NCBI GenBank assembly: GCA_964016885.1 | Contig: OZ024742.1 | Coordinates: forward strand, 106,082,001 to 106,146,000 | Length of the DNA stretch: 64,000 bases | Source: Eledone cirrhosa | Lineage: Eukaryota | Reading direction: 5' to 3' | The notes under the pieces: model-generated | What the model was told of the DNA's origin: nothing | What the model saw: only the letters and a program-made list of their open reading frames with translations | Databases searched by the model: none | Part shown: one piece after another, positions 49,440-59,854 of the stretch | How the letters are laid out: each line of letters opens with the position of its first letter | How positions within the stretch are numbered: position 1 is the first letter of the stretch | Program-made: the position numbers and the translations under genes

Positions 49440-52400
49440 ATGACCTCACTCAGAATAGGCAGCATAAATGCGCGTGGCTTGGGGTCGTCATGGAAGCAGG
49501 GTCACCTGCTCAACGACCTCAGGTCACTAAACATAGATGTAGTGGCCATCAGCGAGACCAGAATCTCCGAAGCACGGGCCTTCGCACCGATCTTCGGCGG
49601 CTACGATGTGTACGCATCTCCCAGCCGTCCTGGATCGGGTGGAGGAGTTGCTGTGCTTTTTCGGAGAGGTTTGGATCTCGCCATACGGGCCATCTTCCTG
49701 GACCCAGAGGGTAAGCTGGTGGTGCTGGACGTGACCAGCGGAGACGGGCAAGCTTTCAGGCTAGTGGCCGTCTATGCCCCGACAGGAGCAGGGCGGCCTG
49801 ATTTCTTCCGGCGTCTGGAGACCTTTCTTGGAACGTCGCGCTCTTTAGTGTTAGTGGGCGACTGGAACGGGATCTTAGATGCACGCTGGGACTGTGTGGG
49901 ATTAGCGGATAGGGGTGGAGGGTGCAAGAGCCTCACCAACCTGCTCAGGCGTTTTGAACTGTCTGACAGGTACCGATTGGATTTCCCGAATGTGCCAATG
50001 TGGACTTGGACAAACCGCATAGGGTCATCCAGATCATATCTAGATAGAGTATTTTGTAGGGAAATAGATAGGTCTAGCATAGGCTGTCCACAATTCAAGA
50101 TAGTCAGCTACACGGACCACAAATTCGTGATCTGTGTGCTTGACTTAGATAGGCTTCATAGACGAGGACCCGGCTACTGGAAGCTAAACGCGTCCTTACC
50201 AGCGCGCAAGGCCTACAGAGACCGGATTAGCGAACTAGTTAAGCGGGCGTTGACGGGGGCCATCGTCAACAACAAGTGGTGGTTTGCTCTGAAAAGAGCG
50301 ATTAGAATAGAATCGATTAGGTTTAGTAAGGCTTTAGCAATAGAGAAAAATAGAGCAGAGGGAGAACTAGTTAGAAAATTAGACGAGGCGCTTAGCAAAG
50401 GCATTGCGACCGACGTGCTTGCGGCGAAATTGGCCCTTGACCAATTCTTCAATGCAAAGCACGAAGGCTGCGTTGTCAGAGCTAGGGTGCGTGCTCTCAG
50501 ACACGAGGGGACGAAAGCCGTTCAATGGGCCCGAGTGGCGGAGGCGCGTCGTGGCAACAAAGCCACGATCCGGTCTTTGGTGGACCACGACGGGCGCATG
50601 CTACTCGATCCCGGGCAAATGTGTGAAGCTTTTCAGCGACACTTCGCTCAGCTGTTCGGGGGCAGCGGGGGGCCGGGTAGAGGGATGGACTTTAGTGTCT
50701 ACCTCGACGGACTGCCGCGGCTCTCGGCCACTGAGGCGAAGTGTTGCGAAAAGCCGATAACAGCCGCTGAAGTAAGGGAGGCAATGACTGGCTGCACAAG
50801 GGGTAAATCGCCTGGTTTGGATGGTCTGCCCTATGAACTTTACGTACAGATGCCAGACTTGTTCGGAGGCCTCTTGGCGGACGTCTACTGCAACTGGCAA
50901 CAGAACGGGAGAATTCCCAGTTCTGTGAGCCGAGGAGCGGTGGCACTGCTGAGAAAGGATCCGAACAAGGGGGATAACATAGACAATTTCCGGCCCATAA
51001 CTCTGCTAAACACAGAGTTTAAGATTTTGGCCAAGGTGCTAGCAAAGAGGTTGGCGCTTGTCGTTGGTGGTCTGGTGGGAGAGGCGCAGACATGCGCCAT
51101 TCCCGACAGATCCATCCACGACAACCTCCACCTCATGCGATACATCGTAGAGAGGGTAGCTAGGGAACCTGGCACGGGTGGGTCCTTGATCAATTTAGAT
51201 CAGTCGAAAGCTTTCGATAGGGTCGACCATCGTTACCTAGCGGCAGTCCTGAGGGCGGCTGGCTTTGGGCCCGTCTTCAGAGGCTGGATCGCTGCCATGC
51301 ACAGCGACATCTGCTCTGTGGTGAGAGTGAACGGTCACCTGTCGGAACCGTTCAACATCATGCGCTCGGTCCGCCAAGGATGTCCCCTCTCGTCCCTCTT
51401 GTACGTATTGACTCTCGAGCCATTACTGCACAAACTGGAGACGTTGAGGGGAGTCCCGCGCGAACTAGGATGCGGAAGATCCGTGTCAGCATATGCGGAC
51501 GATGTCACCGTAGTGGTGTCGAACGCCAAACACATCGAGGCGATCGGCACTACACTAAGAGAATACGAAGCGGTGACAGGAGCAATGATCAACCAGGAAA
51601 AGTCAGTGGGCCTGCAGCTCGGCACCTGGAGAGGCAGGTCCATGCCGTCCAACAGCGTCGTCGGGCGCTGGACGGACGGACCGGTTAAATTGCTAGGGGT
51701 CTGGTTCGGTCCGGACCTCCAGACGGACAAAAACTGGGACGAGGTGACGAGCAGGGTGGCTTCTCTCACCCAGAAATGGGCGGAGAGGAAGCTATCCCTG
51801 AAAGGTCGAGCGGAGGTGGCTAACGCGTACATCGCGTCTGTCATCTGCTACCGCCTAACCGTCGTACCTTGTCCTAAGCCTCGCCTGACTGCGCTGGAGC
51901 GTTTGCTCTTTCGCTTTTTGTGGAAGGGACGTGCTCCGATGGTCAGGCGGTCCATCTGTTGTCAACACCCGCTACGTGGAGGGCTGGGCATGCCGTGGCT
52001 GATGATGCGCAGGCACGCGCTCAGGCTACGACATCTCCACCTCTTCCTCGACGGTGATCAGGTGTGGTCGCCGTTTGCTAGACGCGTTTTTCCCCAGCTC
52101 GTTTCCTTGACGGAGCTGCAGTCCTGGGTCAAGCGAAGACCGAGAGGGAGCGCCTGGAGACTGGAATGTCTTCAGGCGCTCACAGCCCTCGACCAATCGG
52201 GCAATGTGATCGGTGGAAACTCCACCTCGGCGTTCTATAGAGGATTAGTGGAGGGGAAGAGCGACGACGTACTTGGGGAAACTCTAGGCGTCGACGAAAA
52301 TCAACTAGCCAATCTCTTCGGAAGAACCTTCGGGCCAGGGCCTATGGACAACTTCCAGAAATCTCTGGCCTGGCAGTGCTACCGAGGAGCCTTGCCAGTT

Positions 52401-52859
52401 CGGGATAAACTCTACAGGCATGGAGGTGCCGTCAGCCGGGCATGTCCGAGATGCGCGCAGGGCGACGAAACCGTCCTGCACGCACTCGTCCAGTGTCCGA
52501 AAATTGCTGACTTGTGGGTTTATGTCGAACACCTGCTGTCGCGTTTAGGACGGATCCAGCTATCATCTGAGTCTATCGTGAGGATTGCCCCGCCCTCCTC
52601 CTTTAGCCGGGAAGGGCAGGCAGTTTTTATCTGTCTGGTGGCCATGGCGAAAGAGATAGTATGGTGGACACGTTTGAAAGGGCTGAAGACGAGCACTTAC
52701 CTCTTCGGTGATGCTCTGATTGACTTTTTCAAATTTCATTTGAAAAGGAAAATCAGAGTAGAGAAGGAAGTGCTCTCTTCCCAGCATTTTGTTGAAAGAT
52801 GGGTGAGAGAAGCAAGAATGGCCCGAGTGAATGGGCCGACTCTGAGTATATATCTGTAA
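49440..52859 (+). CDS. ORF2 APE-RT, copy 2
   Basis: Translation identical to copy 1. Confidence 0.97.
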   Translation: MTSLRIGSINARGLGSSWKQGHLLNDLRSLNIDVVAISETRISEARAFAPIFGGYDVYASPSRPGSGGGVAVLFRRGLDLAIRAIFLDPEGKLVVLDVTSGDGQAFRLVAVYAPTGAGRPDFFRRLETFLGTSRSLVLVGDWNGILDARWDCVGLADRGGGCKSLTNLLRRFELSDRYRLDFPNVPMWTWTNRIGSSRSYLDRVFCREIDRSSIGCPQFKIVSYTDHKFVICVLDLDRLHRRGPGYWKLNASLPARKAYRDRISELVKRALTGAIVNNKWWFALKRAIRIESIRFSKALAIEKNRAEGELVRKLDEALSKGIATDVLAAKLALDQFFNAKHEGCVVRARVRALRHEGTKAVQWARVAEARRGNKATIRSLVDHDGRMLLDPGQMCEAFQRHFAQLFGGSGGPGRGMDFSVYLDGLPRLSATEAKCCEKPITAAEVREAMTGCTRGKSPGLDGLPYELYVQMPDLFGGLLADVYCNWQQNGRIPSSVSRGAVALLRKDPNKGDNIDNFRPITLLNTEFKILAKVLAKRLALVVGGLVGEAQTCAIPDRSIHDNLHLMRYIVERVAREPGTGGSLINLDQSKAFDRVDHRYLAAVLRAAGFGPVFRGWIAAMHSDICSVVRVNGHLSEPFNIMRSVRQGCPLSSLLYVLTLEPLLHKLETLRGVPRELGCGRSVSAYADDVTVVVSNAKHIEAIGTTLREYEAVTGAMINQEKSVGLQLGTWRGRSMPSNSVVGRWTDGPVKLLGVWFGPDLQTDKNWDEVTSRVASLTQKWAERKLSLKGRAEVANAYIASVICYRLTVVPCPKPRLTALERLLFRFLWKGRAPMVRRSICCQHPLRGGLGMPWLMMRRHALRLRHLHLFLDGDQVWSPFARRVFPQLVSLTELQSWVKRRPRGSAWRLECLQALTALDQSGNVIGGNSTSAFYRGLVEGKSDDVLGETLGVDENQLANLFGRTFGPGPMDNFQKSLAWQCYRGALPVRDKLYRHGGAVSRACPRCAQGDETVLHALVQCPKIADLWVYVEHLLSRLGRIQLSSESIVRIAPPSSFSREGQAVFICLVAMAKEIVWWTRLKGLKTSTYLFGDALIDFFKFHLKRKIRVEKEVLSSQHFVERWVREARMARVNGPTLSIYL

Positions 52860-53120
52860 ACTAAAGGTGGAAAACTGGGAGAGGGCACTTGCCTTGGTGG
52901 TCAGGGTCATTGTGGCTTTTTACTGGGCTTTCTCCACAAATGTTCCTCCGAAGTCTCCCCCCTATTGGGGAATTTTTCATTGTTATTTTCATTGTTATTT
53001 TTGTTACATCCTCTATTTTTGTTTTTTTTACACGCAGAAATGCCCATTTGTACCGTCCTGCATTGTCCTGCACTGTCCTTAATGTCTACTTTATGTAAAC
53101 CCTTGTGGTTAATAAAGAAA

Positions 53121-53170
<50 letters not shown>

Positions 53171-53171
<1 letters not shown>

Positions 53172-53621
53172 TTTGAGTCTCAGTCATTGATGTTAGTTAA
53201 CTGGAAAGTTTGTTGAAATGAATATCAAGACACTACCTGCAGCCTCAGATATTCAGGACGTATCGGAGGGTTCTTGCTGTTCCCAGCAAGCATGCCTTTT
53301 GAAGTGTTCCAAAAAGCGGGGCGAGGCGAATTTTCTTTAACCATTCCTGGAAACATTTTGAGATAGTACCTAGTGCGCCTATGACAATCGGGACCACTTT
53401 GACTTCATGGCAGTTCCAAATCCTTTTTACCCCCCACTTTAAGTCCTGATATCGGTTAATTTTCTCCCTATCCTTCTCTTGCACTCCGTGTCGAATGGGC
53501 AGGCCACATCCACAATCAGGCACGATATTTTTTCCTTGTCCAAAACCACCAGGTCAGGTCTATTGTGTTCCAGTTTCTTGTCCGTCTGTATCCTAAAATC
53601 CCATAGCACCTTCACCTGATC

Positions 53622-53622
<1 letters not shown>
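53171..53622 (-). mobile_element. 5'-truncated R4/Dong-like fragment
   Basis: RLE C-terminus and 3' UTR homologous to 38739-39190; (TTA)n on both sides. Confidence 0.9.
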
Positions 53623-53684
<62 letters not shown>

Positions 53685-53949
53685 TGTTGTTATTGTTATA
53701 TTTTATCTGTCCTAGCTATGTATTTTAATGAGATTTGTGTTGAAATGATTGTAAAGAATTAAATGATTTAAGAATATTTATCTGTCATCTTAATTTGTTT
53801 TATTTGATCTGCGTTAAAAATGCCACTTTCTTCTACACTTAAGAGTCTCTAGTTCTTCCTGCAAGCGTATAAACAAATTGAGCTTAAATATTCTCACTAC
53901 AAATTTCTCTTCAAGTATCTCTGTGTAATTTTTAAAATACATATATAAT

Positions 53950-54059
<110 letters not shown>

Positions 54060-55213
54060 TGCAAATATGTGTTTATGCCTGTTGACGATCCCTGGGATGT
54101 TATGGTACTGACAATGTTTATGGCGAAATCCTCTTCTTTGAATATATCAACGTGTTGTGTAGTTATAAAGGTGGGTTAGTGTATTTTAATTTGCCTTTCC
54201 AATTATCACGTATTTTCCACACCTTTTGTAGACTTTATGTATTTCCCTCTAGTGGTTATCTACCCCGTAATTCAAAACATGCTCTTTTGTGTGTTCTTCT
54301 CTATATGTTATATTATGAAGAGCCCGGTACTTAGACCTTGAGCTCATTAAATTATAGGGGATTAACGTGAGTCTTTAAGTCTGTTTTTTTCATTTGGGTG
54401 AAAAAAAAAACGAAATATTTTAAAGCACAAATCATTTTATTAATTTCTACGACCGTTTCGATTTATCGAAATGTAATTGCAAATATCAATAACAATTTTC
54501 AAATTAATTAATTCATTAATTAAAAAAAAAAACATTACAGTCACACTTTACAAATCTCCCCAGAGAATAAATAACCCAATTAACATGAAATAATAGGCAT
54601 GAAATAATCAGCAAACTACATAAAGTGGTATATAAACTACAGAGTTTTAAAAGCAAATGTAAGAGATACATAAGCAAGGCAGTGAAAAGCATTGATATTT
54701 GGCATTATGAAACGTGATGTAAGCCACAAAAACGTCCAATGTGTAGAGGATAATAAGTCCACATGCTGCAATTACTGTTCCTGCAAACACAAGTATAATA
54801 TAACAGAAGGCTAACATCCCATAGCACGTCCGTTTGAATATGTTACGTGTTTTTTTCAAATACGGCTTAACAGCGGCATTAGACTAGATACCGTTTATGG
54901 AGGTGCAACGATTTTATGCGTAGTATATGAAAAGACATCTGAATCTTCAATATTCAGTGCTCAATCACAAACTCAGCCAATGCTTGTTTACATACTGTAA
55001 GTTAGATGGTAAATTTCAATATCTCTGTACACTGGGTCATATAAGGCTAATAAAATCTATGTATTTGAGTGTAACAAAACCCTTTGTAGATCAACATATA
55101 GTTAAACTTAATTTTAATAGTAGTGTTATAGGACTCAATTATCAATAGTAATAGAAATATGAGTGTTATACCCACACTTATTGATCTCCCATATATATAT
55201 ATATATATATAAA

Positions 55214-55267
<54 letters not shown>

Positions 55268-55270
55268 TCG

Positions 55271-55355
<85 letters not shown>

Positions 55356-55495
55356 TCTCAAGCAGCGATTCTTTGCTTAAACTTTTTAAAACTTTAATCT
55401 GTTATTTTAATAAATATATATATAGGAACAAGTATGACCCCGACGGCAGAGCTCAAGCCGTTTGGTTCATCTGGTTCCTTACCACAATTCCTTCG

Positions 55496-55550
<55 letters not shown>

Positions 55551-56047
55551 CGTATATGTATATTACCGCTTAATTCGAGACATATGTTAGACTCAGATAT
55601 AAAACTCTACTGAAATATCTATAATAAGTAGCGATATAATGAATTATCTTTATGTAACAGTTAAAACTTTGACGCAATAGCTTACTTGGATTTTATTAGT
55701 TATGACTACGTTCAATTTCATTGTTGGTGCATACTTGTTCAATTTTATCGTTGATGTCTGTTTTTTTATGAATATGTCTGTGTTTGGGCGTATGCGTTTC
55801 CTTGGATTGTGTTTGTATGAATATGTTTGTCATAGAGCTCATTTTTTCTTAACTAGTACAGACATTTTTCGCGGCAGTAAAACAGGATTTCTATTCTTTT
55901 TATGACCAAAATTTACTCTTTGGAACACTTAAATTGCCAGCATATTAGTGCTTTCCTAACTTATAGCACCTGTGGCATTATTATATGTAGCGTATACGTA
56001 GATGCGCGTGCGTATCTATCTATATGTCTATCTATCTCTCATCAACA

Positions 56048-56432
56048 ACTGATTCTTTTTTTCAAATACCACTTTGGAAGAAGGGTCAGGATGGAGAGAG
56101 AGGTACTGTACCCCAGCAAGTTTTATGAAAGGTGGGTGAAAGTGGCGAGAATGGCCCGAGTGAATGGGCCTTCTCTCTATATCAGCCTGTAGGTTGAGGA
56201 AAATGAGGAAGAGAGGAAAGGGGTACAAACTGTTCGTACTCTTGGAGATGAAGGTTGCACATTTTTTCGGGGGTATGTGCTACCCATATGAACTGTCTCC
56301 CCCTATTGGGGAAAATCGATTAACTTTTAATTTACAATTGTGATAACATTTTACACGTTTTTATTGTATGTAAACTCCCCCTTTGCAATTGTCCCCTTCT
56401 TTTGTGCCCCTATGGCTAATAAAGAAACATAA
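56048..56432 (+). mobile_element. 3' relic of a divergent sister Tx1-like family
   Basis: FFKYHFGRRVRMEREVLYPSKFYERWVKVARMARVNGPSLYISL* aligns with the ORF2 end; the 3' UTR ends TAATAAAGAAA. Confidence 0.85.
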
Positions 56433-56989
56433 TAAAGAAAAAGACTAGTACCCGAAACGCAAAGGCTCTTTTCCTACTGCATTAAGTGTTAAAGTAATAT
56501 ATTTCTCCATTGTATTGTGTTGTTTTCTTTGTTGTTTTCGTTTAATTTTTGCATATATATATATATAATCTGAGTAGCAGCCAGATATGTTTCTCAGTTT
56601 TTTTGTAAATTGCAAAATACAGTAGAGTCAAACGTGGAATGACTTTCATCATCTATATGCTCGATCTGGGTTTAACTTTGGGCTAAACAGCACCTATTAG
56701 AAGATTCTACACTAAATACTTTACCAAACAATTCCCCACCCTAATCCCATCTTTCTCTGAAGGCTCCAAACTACATGGATCCATGTTAAATAACAACTGT
56801 ATCCACTTGACCAGTTTTGGAAGGCCTTACAAAACCATGGGCATCTTCCTTCCCACACTAATTAAACATCTAATTATTCTGTCAGTTGTGGTTGATATTG
56901 TCATTCTTATTCATATTCATAATGTTATCGATGCTAATCTTCTTGTTGTTGGTGCTGCTGTTGTTCTTATTGTTTTTTATGATATTGTT

Positions 56990-57185
56990 GCAGTCAGGGC
57001 GTTAATGCGTCGAACACATTCTTAGCAGTATTTCTTACGGCTGTTTAGGTTCTGAGTTCAAATTCCATCTTAGTAAACTTGGTCTTTCATCCTTCTGAGG
57101 CTTATAAAATTAAGTCCCAGTCAATTAATGGGGTCGATAGAATCAACTTCTTCACCCTTCAAATTGCTGACTTTGTGCCTAAAAA
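56990..57185 (+). mobile_element. SINE family A copy
   Basis: TTCTGAGTTCAAATTCC..CTTTCATCCTTCTGAGG..GGGGTCGAT..AAATTGCTG. Confidence 0.65.
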
Positions 57186-57460
57186 CTGTATTGCTGTTGT
57201 TGTTACTGTTGTTGTAAATCCAGAAATATTTCATGTGGTCTTATTAGTAGCAGATGTATGCACTTCTCCGAGGTAATTGCTGCAAAAAGTCTTGTTTGTA
57301 TTTTTCTCCATCACTCGTGCAAACTAATGACTTTGTTTGTTTATACGAAAATATTAATGTAGAGGTGCAACGACTTGCAGAAAAGCACCGAATCACAGAG
57401 ATGCACTTACTCACATCATTATCATCATCAGCAATGTTGTTGTTGTTGTTGTTGTTGTTG

Positions 57461-57507
<47 letters not shown>

Positions 57508-57719
57508 GAATGCCATGGTTGACGGAGGCTCGGCTCTGTAAGGTATAGTAATTTTTAACCGTTAAAACAATTGTAAATTGTTTAAAACTTGAACCAAATT
57601 GTTGATAAAGACACCCTCCTCCTCGTGAGAGGGGTCTTTCTGTCCGTTATTTGGCCCTTCGGGGTTAAATAGCCAGTTATTGGGGTTTTGTACCCAAAAT
57701 TTCATTTTAAACAAAAAAC

Positions 57720-59819
57720 ATGGCTACCAAAAAAAAAAAATTTCATACGTCACTCCCACTCATTCCGTCTTCTTCTTCCTCAATCATCACTACAGGAGAG
57801 AGAAGATTGTCTCTCTCCCTCCCTTCTTTAAATGTGTCTCTCTCCCTACCTTCTCTTTCGCAAGCGACGAAAGAAAAGAAAAGTCTCGTGCAAAGCGTGC
57901 AAGGTTTCTCCACGACGACGACGACAGCGACGAAACAGGTGTGCGGGAAATACGAAAACCCAGTTCATTCGTCTGACGTCAGGAATAATAGCAGTAGCAG
58001 CCGTAATAACAACAGCAACAGTGACAATGAAAACAACAGTAGCAGCCGCAACAGCATCACCAGCAGCATAAACAACAACAGCATTAGCAGCAGCAACACC
58101 AACAACAACCACAGCAACAGCGGCGAAGGCAGTAGTCGTAGTACCTGCAGCAACAACAAAAGTACCAGCAGCTCTGACGACAACAACAACAGCAGAGAAA
58201 AACCAATCTCATTTGCAGGTATTGCGAAAAACCTGGAAACAATCCTCATAACAAATGAGGAATTAGAGGAAGCGAAGAAGATGGTGACAAAGAACGGACA
58301 CCGAGCAATCTGCAAGGCAGCGAAAAATTTTTTCGAAACCCAAGAGCACTGTACGGTCACGTACCGTACAGTAAGTACAAAATCCCGTAGGGTGGAAAGA
58401 GCCACAGAGGCCCAAATACAAAAAGCCTTGGGGTCTGTGTGGCAGAGGAAAACGCACATCACCCGAGGCAAAAAATACGCCACCGTAGACGTACTTTTTG
58501 CCACACCCCAGGAGGCAAAGGCCCAATCAGTAGTGACCCTAAGGAGCGAGGAAATGGTGTTGGTGCCCTCCTACTGCGGGCAAAAAATTGTGAGGGTCAA
58601 ACTGACCCACGTCCCCCCCGGAATGACCCCTTCTTGGCTGGCCGCGTCTGTCCTCGTCGGAATCGAGGACAAAACAACTGTACTGCAAGTACAGAAAAAA
58701 GTAAGAGAAGATTGGGTCGGCTCCTCCATTGAGATGCTAATCCAAACCAACCAGGAGTGCATCGAAGCTATCCCGGATGTGATAGACTTCGATAACGGCA
58801 CTCAACTGCCCATAAGTGTTGAGGGCAAACGCCCGAAATGCTTTCGCTGTGGATCGAAGACTCACCTCAGGGCCTTCTGCAACGAGAAGACCCTGAGAAA
58901 GGAGAAAACCCCCCTCCTCCCGAATCCGGTTCCACGGCTACCAGCAACAGGACAAGCGGCAACCAGGAACGATAGGTCCGTGGCACCCATACCCACTCCA
59001 CGGAAATCAAAGACAGCAGCAGCAGTGGAAATATTAACAACAACAACAGCAATACCAAATGCAGCTGCAACAGAGACTCCAGTGCAAACATCACCAACAA
59101 CAACAAGTGAAAGAGTGGAGCTGGTACCCCTCCCCGACCTTACAGAATCAGACATGGAGTGTGAGGTGGGAGAGGGATGGCAAAAGGTCTCAAGAAGGCA
59201 CAAACGCAGAAGCAGCGCATCGTCGCCTTTGAAAAGGGAGGAAAGAAATGAGAAAAGGGTAAAGTCTACTGCAAAGAGACCCACAGCAGCAACACCACCA
59301 ACACCATCACCACCCACACCAGCACCACCATCACCACCGGCGACAACCCCACCGCCAACAACACCTTCAACACCACCACCACAAGCACCAACATCGCAAA
59401 CACAACAACAAAACACACACACCCAGCAACAACGACAAGAAAATAGCAGAACCACACCCCACCCCCAGAAAAACAAATGCACGGCAATAAACACACACAA
59501 CAAGAAACTAATGACTTACATAATTGAACACACAGACATTTCACAACAGGACTACATAATACCAGCACCAATCAAAACGCCAACTAACATAAGACTGCTA
59601 AAAATAGCACAGAAACAATACACAAACATTAAAACGAAATTCCCCAACGCAGTTGGTGATTTCAGGGACCTAGGAGGAACCATTAATCGAAGAGTATATT
59701 CAGACATTCTCTTAGAAGAGCTGACGACCAGCCGAAGGGACGATTCAACGGTCCCTTCACCAGACGATCAAGTGAAAAGGGATGTAAAAACCATCCCTCC
59801 TCTACCAAAAATACGGTAA
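57720..59819 (+). CDS. ORF1, copy 3
   Basis: Intact, with three visible substitutions versus copy 1 (G>E, I>V, P>L). Confidence 0.9.
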   Translation: MATKKKKFHTSLPLIPSSSSSIITTGERRLSLSLPSLNVSLSLPSLSQATKEKKSLVQSVQGFSTTTTTATKQVCGKYENPVHSSDVRNNSSSSRNNNSNSDNENNSSSRNSITSSINNNSISSSNTNNNHSNSGEGSSRSTCSNNKSTSSSDDNNNSREKPISFAGIAKNLETILITNEELEEAKKMVTKNGHRAICKAAKNFFETQEHCTVTYRTVSTKSRRVERATEAQIQKALGSVWQRKTHITRGKKYATVDVLFATPQEAKAQSVVTLRSEEMVLVPSYCGQKIVRVKLTHVPPGMTPSWLAASVLVGIEDKTTVLQVQKKVREDWVGSSIEMLIQTNQECIEAIPDVIDFDNGTQLPISVEGKRPKCFRCGSKTHLRAFCNEKTLRKEKTPLLPNPVPRLPATGQAATRNDRSVAPIPTPRKSKTAAAVEILTTTTAIPNAAATETPVQTSPTTTSERVELVPLPDLTESDMECEVGEGWQKVSRRHKRRSSASSPLKREERNEKRVKSTAKRPTAATPPTPSPPTPAPPSPPATTPPPTTPSTPPPQAPTSQTQQQNTHTQQQRQENSRTTPHPQKNKCTAINTHNKKLMTYIIEHTDISQQDYIIPAPIKTPTNIRLLKIAQKQYTNIKTKFPNAVGDFRDLGGTINRRVYSDILLEELTTSRRDDSTVPSPDDQVKRDVKTIPPLPKIR

Positions 59820-59854
59820 GTGGTCTTTCCCATCTTTTCCACTCTATTTTAAAC

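Larger units (their letters stand above)
47092..53122 (+). mobile_element. Full-length Tx1/L1-type LINE, copy 2 (head-to-tail with copy 1)
   Basis: Offset 6075 from copy 1 with identical proteins and a few 3' UTR differences; separated by (ATT)15. Confidence 0.97.

Noticed and set aside
41017-53122. Copies 1 and 2 as an LTR structure or pure assembly duplication
   Set aside because: No LTR, integrase or protease features, and the 3' UTRs and tail lengths differ. Read-level confirmation is still advisable.
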